A stretch of 64,000 nt of DNA, taken from the NCBI GenBank assembly GCA_965116885.1, contig OZ220741.1, positions 4,768,001 to 4,832,000 on the forward strand. Direction: 5' to 3'. Positions within the stretch are counted from its first letter, which is position 1, and every line of letters begins with the position of its first letter. Positions 58,139-64,000 of this stretch are shown one piece after another. The DNA comes from Candidatus Latescibacterota bacterium (GTDB lineage Bacteria > Latescibacterota > UBA2968). The notes under the pieces are model-generated. The model made no database searches. It worked only from the letters and a program-made list of their open reading frames with translations, and had not been told where the DNA came from. A program made the position numbers and the translations under genes.

Positions 58139-58870
58139 ATGCCTGACAATATCCTGCGTCTAAACATGTGGAGCGGTCCCCGCAATGTCTCAACCGCCCT
58201 CATGTACTCATTCGCACAGCGGTCAGACACCCGCGTAATCGACGAACCCCTCTACGGCCATTATCTGCGCGTGTCTTCTGCCGCACACCCTGGCGCAAAC
58301 GAAGTCATGTCCGACCTGGAATGCCATGGCGAAACCGTCATCCGCGATATCATCCTCGGTCCCTGTGATCGCCCTGTGCTCTTCATGAAACAGATGGCTC
58401 ACCACCTCGTCGAAATAAGTCGCGACTTTTTTGCACACACCCACAATGTCCTGCTCACGCGCGACCCCGTTGACATGTTGCCCTCACTCGTCAACCAGCT
58501 CAAAATCCCCACCCTGCGCGACACGGGCTACAAAATGCAAGCCCAACTCCTGAGCGAGTTTCACGCCATAGGTCAAAAATACCCCGTACTCGATTCCCGA
58601 GAACTCCTCAAAAATCCACAGCATGTCCTCACAAAACTCTGCGACGCCCTGAACATACCCTTTGACCCCGCAATGCTCACCTGGAAATCCGGACCTCGCC
58701 CCGAAGACGGAATATGGGCGAAACACTGGTATCACAACGTCCACAAATCCACCGGCTTTCAACCCTATCGCCCCAAAACCGAACCCTTTCCCGATCGTTT
58801 GCGCCCGCTCCTCGAAGAATGCCAACCCTATTACGACCAGCTTTATGCTCAGGCAATTAAGGTGGAATGA
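58139..58870 (+). CDS. Sulfotransferase-like P-loop protein (type associated with class IV aminotransferases)
   Basis: MWSGPRNVSTALMYSFAQR.D...DEP.Y, KQMAHH, DG.WA.HWY..V..STGF. Confidence 0.85.
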   Translation: MPDNILRLNMWSGPRNVSTALMYSFAQRSDTRVIDEPLYGHYLRVSSAAHPGANEVMSDLECHGETVIRDIILGPCDRPVLFMKQMAHHLVEISRDFFAHTHNVLLTRDPVDMLPSLVNQLKIPTLRDTGYKMQAQLLSEFHAIGQKYPVLDSRELLKNPQHVLTKLCDALNIPFDPAMLTWKSGPRPEDGIWAKHWYHNVHKSTGFQPYRPKTEPFPDRLRPLLEECQPYYDQLYAQAIKVE

Positions 58871-58990
58871 TTTGCCCAATGGGATACTGTTCCATCAGGC
58901 ACAGGAGCAAGTCCTTGGGATGAACTGCTGGCGCAGTTGTATATCGTCCCGTTGATTCGTCTATTCGTTGATTCGTCCAAAGGAGTCCCC

Positions 58991-59893
58991 GTGTCTATCC
59001 AATTACCCGATCCCCGAAACGAAAACATCCTCATCCACGTCAGCGGAGAACTGCTCCCGCGCGAAGACGCCAAAATATCCGTCTTTGACAGCGCAGTCCA
59101 GGGCGGCGATGCCGTATGGGAGGGCCTGCGCGTGTACAACGGTAAAATCTTCCAACTCGACGCGCACCTCGACCGCCTCTTCGACTCTGCCAAAGCCCTG
59201 GCCTTTGCGGATATCCCCTCTCGTGAAGCGATCAAAACCGCCATCTTTGAAACCCTCAAAGCCAACAACATGCGCGATGAAGTGCATATCCGGCTCACGC
59301 TCACGCGGGGAAAAAAAACCTCATCGGGCATGAGTCCGCACTTTAATCAATACGGCTCCTGCCTCATTGTGCTACCAGAATGGAAACCCCCTGTTTATTC
59401 CCCAGACGGCATCCGCCTGATCACCGCCTCTGTTCGCCGCAATCCGCCCATGTGCATCGACTCCAAAATCCATCACAACAATTTGATCAACAACATCCTC
59501 GCCAAAATCGAAGCCAATGTCGCAGGCGTTGATGACGCGATCATGCTCGACATCTTCGGATATGTTTCCGAAACCAATGCCACCAATATCTTCATAATAA
59601 AAAAAGGGGCACTCATCACGCCCCACGCGGATTCCTGCCTACCCGGCATAACAAGAGGTGTAGTAATCGATCTCGCACGCGACTTGGGCATCGAAGTTAC
59701 CGAACGCAACATATCACTTACCGAAGTCTATACCGCAGACGAAGGTTTTACCACGGGCACCATGGGCGAACTCTCACCCATCCTCGAAGTAGATGGCCGC
59801 ACCATCGGCAACGGCAAACCCGGTCCCATCACCAACCGCCTGCGCGAACAATACGCCCAACACACCGCCGAACAGGGCGATCCCATTCCTTAG
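58991..59893 (+). CDS. Aminotransferase class IV (BCAT-like)
   Basis: AKISVFDS..QGGDAVWEGLR, RLTLTRG, K...NN, ETNATN.F, LPGITR, GTMGE; AGGAG RBS, GTG start. Confidence 0.9.
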   Translation: MSIQLPDPRNENILIHVSGELLPREDAKISVFDSAVQGGDAVWEGLRVYNGKIFQLDAHLDRLFDSAKALAFADIPSREAIKTAIFETLKANNMRDEVHIRLTLTRGKKTSSGMSPHFNQYGSCLIVLPEWKPPVYSPDGIRLITASVRRNPPMCIDSKIHHNNLINNILAKIEANVAGVDDAIMLDIFGYVSETNATNIFIIKKGALITPHADSCLPGITRGVVIDLARDLGIEVTERNISLTEVYTADEGFTTGTMGELSPILEVDGRTIGNGKPGPITNRLREQYAQHTAEQGDPIP

Positions 59894-59908
59894 GGCCGCA
59901 TAAAAAAT

Positions 59909-59942
59909 ACAAAAGACCAACGTACAAACGTCGGCCTTTTGT
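59909..59942. terminator. Bidirectional rho-independent terminator between convergent genes
   Basis: ACAAAAGACCAACGT...ACGTCGGCCTTTTGT imperfect stem with A/T tails. Confidence 0.6.
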
Positions 59943-59982
59943 CATTTGAGCTATTGGTATTGTTGATTAGATCAAAACATCT

Positions 59983-60561
59983 TCAAATCTCCCAGTTCGA
60001 AGTATAAGACCGGTCCTGGAGTCGCTCTGCAAGTTCAATTAGCACATCCAGCGATTTATACAATCTCGCCTTCCTCTTGTCGTCGAGTTCACCGTCCTCA
60101 ACCCAATTGGCATCGTGAACATACACGTTATACGGGCTGATAATACACTTGAAATCCAGCATAAGGGACGTTGCCAGCGACGCAAACGCCATATAGCTGT
60201 GCGGCAATCCACCCGCATTGACAAACATGACAATTTTATCGTAGAAAGCTCCTCTGAGAGAACCGTCTGGTGGGGTAGAGCCTATATACTCGACAAATTT
60301 CTTGAGTTCCGAACAACACGCCCAATTGTACACTGGGCTGGCCAATATTACAGCATCTGCGGCAGCTATGACTCTGTGGCACGATAAGTAAACCTCTGAT
60401 GAATAGATCTCATCGTCATCAAAATTTGGTGGGTCAAATTGCCGAAGATCGAGAAAGTCAACAGAAATACCCTTGTCCTCCAGAGCGGTTTGGCACATGG
60501 CAGCGAGCACCCTACTGCGACTATCGGTATTGAGACTACTACTGACGACTGAAATTTTCAT
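59983..60561 (-). CDS. NADPH-dependent FMN reductase (flavodoxin-like)
   Basis: SSSL...SRSR.LA, AD..ILASPVYN.....LK, AGG..SY. Confidence 0.85.
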   Translation of the reverse strand: MKISVVSSSLNTDSRSRVLAAMCQTALEDKGISVDFLDLRQFDPPNFDDDEIYSSEVYLSCHRVIAAADAVILASPVYNWACCSELKKFVEYIGSTPPDGSLRGAFYDKIVMFVNAGGLPHSYMAFASLATSLMLDFKCIISPYNVYVHDANWVEDGELDDKRKARLYKSLDVLIELAERLQDRSYTSNWEI

Positions 60562-60647
60562 CTGGATTTTTCTCCAAAGCATAGTGTCGATATGTTATGT
60601 GTAAAAAAATAGCTTCTTTGTAATCCCAATACATCGTCATCAAGTAC

Positions 60648-60678
60648 AAAAATAACCTGTTCTTTTGGACAGGTTATT
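60648..60678 (-). terminator. Rho-independent terminator-like hairpin
   Basis: AATAACCTGT / ACAGGTTATT 10-bp stem followed by a T tract on the minus strand. Confidence 0.6.
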
Positions 60679-60846
60679 GAAGCCTGAAAAACACTTTTTT
60701 TATTAACTGACGTCCATGTAAGTCGTACTGAAAGCAGGTGTGTAGCCCGAATACGACCATCATCAGAATCCTACCGCTTCGCCTTCCTTCGCAGGAACTG
60801 GCGAGCGAAAGACACATAGAAACGACTCTCACTGCTGAACCGCATA

Positions 60847-61380
60847 TCAGACAGACTCGATACGTTCCCAAAAGTGGAGATAATCAGATGAACTAACACC
60901 AACATTTTCGATATTGAAGTTCGCACGCACACGCCCGTGGATATCGAAAGCGTACCATCTCAAACCGTCTGTAAGAATACCGACACGGGCGCGAAGGACC
61001 TCGCAGTAACGCAACACTTGGTAAACTCCATCAGACCAATAATAGCGACGCCTGACAGGAAGTCCGTGCGTTCTGGACAGCAGATCGTTACCGGGGCGTT
61101 TGGCTTCGATGACTATCCTTCCCCAGAGAAAACCAAGAAAGTAATCCGCTCGAATATCTTTGTAGTGATATTCTTGGCGAATCTCAAAGGGTGAACGAAA
61201 GAATGACGGGTCGAGAAGCGGGTCAATGAAGTATTTGCGGGTAGTGCCTTCGTCTCGAAACTCTGGCATAGACAACGCCCAATGGCGTGGGCGCCAATGA
61301 TACGAGCAATACGCCTTCTGGAATCGCACACGACCAGCAAGTGCGCGAATCGTTTGATGAAGATTGTAGTGATCAATCAC
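60847..61380 (-). CDS. Stand-alone HsdR N-terminal-like PD-(D/E)xK nuclease domain
   Basis: E..TR..FIDPLL, EY....RADY, IEAK, QxxxY (QVLRY), GILTDG..W. Confidence 0.75.
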   Translation of the reverse strand: MIDHYNLHQTIRALAGRVRFQKAYCSYHWRPRHWALSMPEFRDEGTTRKYFIDPLLDPSFFRSPFEIRQEYHYKDIRADYFLGFLWGRIVIEAKRPGNDLLSRTHGLPVRRRYYWSDGVYQVLRYCEVLRARVGILTDGLRWYAFDIHGRVRANFNIENVGVSSSDYLHFWERIESV

Positions 61381-61440
61381 TTCTCACCTTAAGATAAAGC
61401 CCGGGAGCAATCACCCTTGGGCAAGGCGAACTACAGTTGG

Positions 61441-61593
61441 TAAACCTCTGAGGTATAGATCTCATCGTCGTCGAAATTTAGGGGTCGAATTGTCAGAGAT
61501 CAATAAAGTCAACAGAAATGTCCCTGTTCTACAGAGCGGTTTGGCACATGGCAGCGAGCATCCTACTACGACTATCGGTATTGACGACTACTA
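61441..61593 (-). pseudogene. Degenerate copy of the 5' part of the FMN reductase gene (60389-60541)
   Basis: Collinear match including CAGAGCGGTTTGGCACATGGCAGCGAGCA, with substitutions and indels. Confidence 0.9.
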
Positions 61594-61640
61594 TAAAGGA
61601 CGATGGTGGCTTTTTGACGTATTGCAGCTTTCACTGTGTC

Positions 61641-62003
61641 CTACTTATAGACCAGGTGATCAGAAGTACGGTCATGATCTATTTGTACATGAAGCCTTCC
61701 TGGTCGGTGAGATACCGGTTCCCGAATAACGATTTCCACATCGCGCCCAAGTGCCGTCAACAGACGCAGGAGACGCTCCATGGAATACTCACGAAAGTCC
61801 CCTCTCAGGAGACGCGAAACATCAGGTTGGGACAGACCGAGCAATTTCGCCGCCTCGACCTGCTTGAGTCTGCGCTGGCGAATAATCTTGTCAATGCGAG
61901 TGACAAGTTCTGCCTTTAACAAGTGAGCCTCAGCATCAGGCCGCCCCAGGTCGGCGAACACGTTACCACTTCCACGTTCGATATTGATCTCTTTTGTCTT
62001 CAT
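61641..62003 (-). CDS. XRE-family HTH (HigA-like antitoxin), no cognate toxin adjacent
   Basis: GSGNVFADLG, KAEL, L.Q..AA.LLG.SQP.VS.L..G.....S.ERL. Confidence 0.85.
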   Translation of the reverse strand: MKTKEINIERGSGNVFADLGRPDAEAHLLKAELVTRIDKIIRQRRLKQVEAAKLLGLSQPDVSRLLRGDFREYSMERLLRLLTALGRDVEIVIREPVSHRPGRLHVQIDHDRTSDHLVYK

Positions 62004-62033
62004 TGCTCTACCCTTCGCCATAGACGTCCCTGT

Positions 62034-62855
62034 TCAACCATGAAAAACTTGCACTTGATCGGACGCTTTTCCCGACACAGTCGCAGGATTGAGTGCTCCC
62101 TCCCCAAAGAGGCGCGGAAACGTCTGACCAGTCTTCAAAGAACGCGTTCTCGCATCCATATAAGTCGCGCTAAAAGCCCTCCGGGGCGACGGAGTCGAAT
62201 TGAGAGCCGAACGGTGGAGCAAAAAATTGTGCAACAGAATAGCCTCTCCCGCCTCGGTCTCCAGATCGATCACATCCTCTGGCCCGGCGTACCTGGCCTG
62301 ATCCTCTTCGGAGGTATAGTGCCGCTTATTGAGAATACCCAGATTATTGCTACCCGGCACAATCTGCATACAGCCACTATCAACAGTGGCAGCATCCAGC
62401 CCAGTCCACACCGTGATAATCGGATTGGTATCAATCCCCCAACCCACGCCGATATCCTGATGCCAGGGCAAAATCGTGCCACTCTCAGCGGGTTTGTTCA
62501 TAAACATAGAACGAAAAACCGAAACATTTTCGCCGATATAGCGACGGGTAATCTGGCGGATAAGAGGATGCTGCATATAAGTGAGAAAGAGAGGATCCTG
62601 TTCCAGATCATCGATGCGTCGATAATGGAGCGTCGGCTCCTGATTCCCCAGTGTGCGATCCATTCTGACATCCGGCGTTTTGGGATTGAGCTGAAAACGC
62701 ATATTTTTATAGCGGACGCGCCCCAGCATAATATCGTCAATGCGTTGCTGCAGGGCGGCCAGTTCCCCAGGCGACAGGAGATGTCCCAGGCGCAGATATC
62801 CCTCAGCCATAAATTGTTCGTGATGCGAGTCGTCAAACGACATGAGAGGATTCAC
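62034..62855 (-). CDS. PhyH family dioxygenase (HxD)
   Basis: MFMNKP...GT.LPWHQD, GC..IVPGS, LLHRS; GGAGG RBS. Confidence 0.9.
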   Translation of the reverse strand: MNPLMSFDDSHHEQFMAEGYLRLGHLLSPGELAALQQRIDDIMLGRVRYKNMRFQLNPKTPDVRMDRTLGNQEPTLHYRRIDDLEQDPLFLTYMQHPLIRQITRRYIGENVSVFRSMFMNKPAESGTILPWHQDIGVGWGIDTNPIITVWTGLDAATVDSGCMQIVPGSNNLGILNKRHYTSEEDQARYAGPEDVIDLETEAGEAILLHNFLLHRSALNSTPSPRRAFSATYMDARTRSLKTGQTFPRLFGEGALNPATVSGKASDQVQVFHG

Positions 62856-63036
62856 TGCGTGACCTCCTCAAAAAGTTGAACAGCTTGTGTAATTGACTTC
62901 CAAACTATCACCGGGACTCGCCAGAAGCAACTGAAAAACACCAAGTCCCGCGAAACGGCCCTGCTTGACAGAGACTAAATCTATATATATGATGCCTGAT
63001 ACAGCAAATCGCCAAACACCAGAAAGGTAGAAAGCC

Positions 63037-64000
63037 ATGAGCAATGTACGAGAATTTGGAGCCAGAGGAGATGGCATCGCCGATGATACAAAAGCAATTG
63101 AGGACGCGCTGGCAAAAGGAGATGGAACGCTACAATTTCCAAAAGGCGACTATCTCATTACGCACACGATTAACGTAAACTTAGCCGACAGCGGACGGGT
63201 AAGCATAGATGGATCGGGTGGCGCAGCAAAAATCCTCATGGGTGGTGCAGGACCCGCGTTTCACATCACGGGCACACACAGACGCTCAGCCGACCCCAAA
63301 ACCTTTGAACTGCGCGTCTGGACCCACGAAAGAATGCCCACAATATCAAACCTGGAGATCGAAGGCAAACACCCCGAAGCAGATGGCTTCTTGCTAACAG
63401 GCACCATGCAGGCGACCTTCGAAGGCGTACTCTTGCGAAAGCTAAACCACGCCATCCACATACGCGACCGCGCCCGAAATGTGCTTATCTCCCACTGCCA
63501 TCTGCACGACAATCGCGGCGCAGGCATTTTCCTCGATCACGTAGATCTACACCAAATCATCGTAACGGGTTCCCACATCAGCTATTGCAAACGCGGAGGC
63601 ATCAAAATCATCGGCTCGCAAATCCGCAACTTGCAAATCACTGGCAACGACATCGAATACAACTACGACGCAAATGCAGACCGATCCGCAGACATCTGGA
63701 TCGACACCAGCGACGGAGTCTCCTCAGTCCGCGAAGGCACCATATCTGGCAACACCATCCAGGCAAAACCCTCGCCTGGCGGCGCAAATATATTGATGAT
63801 CGGCCACTCTCCCCAAACGAATAACAAAGTAGGCATGTTCACCATCGCGGGAAATTTGATCGGCTCGCAACAAAATAACATCCACCTCATTGCAGCCAGA
63901 GGCGTCACCATCACGGGAAATGCGATCTACAATGGAGTCAACAGAAACCTCCTGGTGGAACACGCGCAAAACATCGTAATCGGCAGCAACAGCTTTGACC
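63037..64000 (+). CDS. Right-handed parallel beta-helix (pectate-lyase-like) protein, runs off the window end
   Basis: Not in ORF track; manual translation MSNVREFGARGDGIADDTKAI...FPKGDY, with repeated I.GN.I coils. Confidence 0.85.
   Translation, partial: MSNVREFGARGDGIADDTKAIEDALAKGDGTLQFPKGDYLITHTINVNLADSGRVSIDGSGGAAKILMGGAGPAFHITGTHRRSADPKTFELRVWTHERMPTISNLEIEGKHPEADGFLLTGTMQATFEGVLLRKLNHAIHIRDRARNVLISHCHLHDNRGAGIFLDHVDLHQIIVTGSHISYCKRGGIKIIGSQIRNLQITGNDIEYNYDANADRSADIWIDTSDGVSSVREGTISGNTIQAKPSPGGANILMIGHSPQTNNKVGMFTIAGNLIGSQQNNIHLIAARGVTITGNAIYNGVNRNLLVEHAQNIVIGSNSFD

Overview
Bacterial chromosomal window, mostly minus-strand genes. No rRNA, tRNA, CRISPR array or intact transposase was recognised. 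The gene content suggests a marine-sponge-symbiont-type heterotroph of the Latescibacterota/Gemmatimonadota/Poribacteria kind (inference only): 11 Fe(II)/2-oxoglutarate PhyH-like oxygenase genes, 4 sulfatase-fold genes, 4 Gfo/Idh/MocA oxidoreductases, and a TonB receptor-PorV-DUF6785 locus. The standout region is a lower-GC, all-plus-strand defence-like island at about 21.2-29.3 kb. It holds an HNH protein, an OLD-family ATPase-TOPRIM nuclease and a broken DUF1016 gene. These are followed by a tightly coupled four-gene operon (winged-helix-like protein, P-loop ATPase, PIN nuclease, amino-DNA methyltransferase) that I cannot match to a named defence system; this is the best candidate for an undescribed system. 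Other highlights are PhyH-like enzymes with halogenase-like HxG iron motifs, two-domain PhyH paralogues with a metal-dead N-terminal domain, and a sulfatase-fold protein with Thr at the formylglycine position. There is also a SusCD-analogous TonB/CTD-protein/PorV locus and three duplicated gene 5' ends that flank inserted cargo. All product calls come from motif recognition by eye; no database searches were run.
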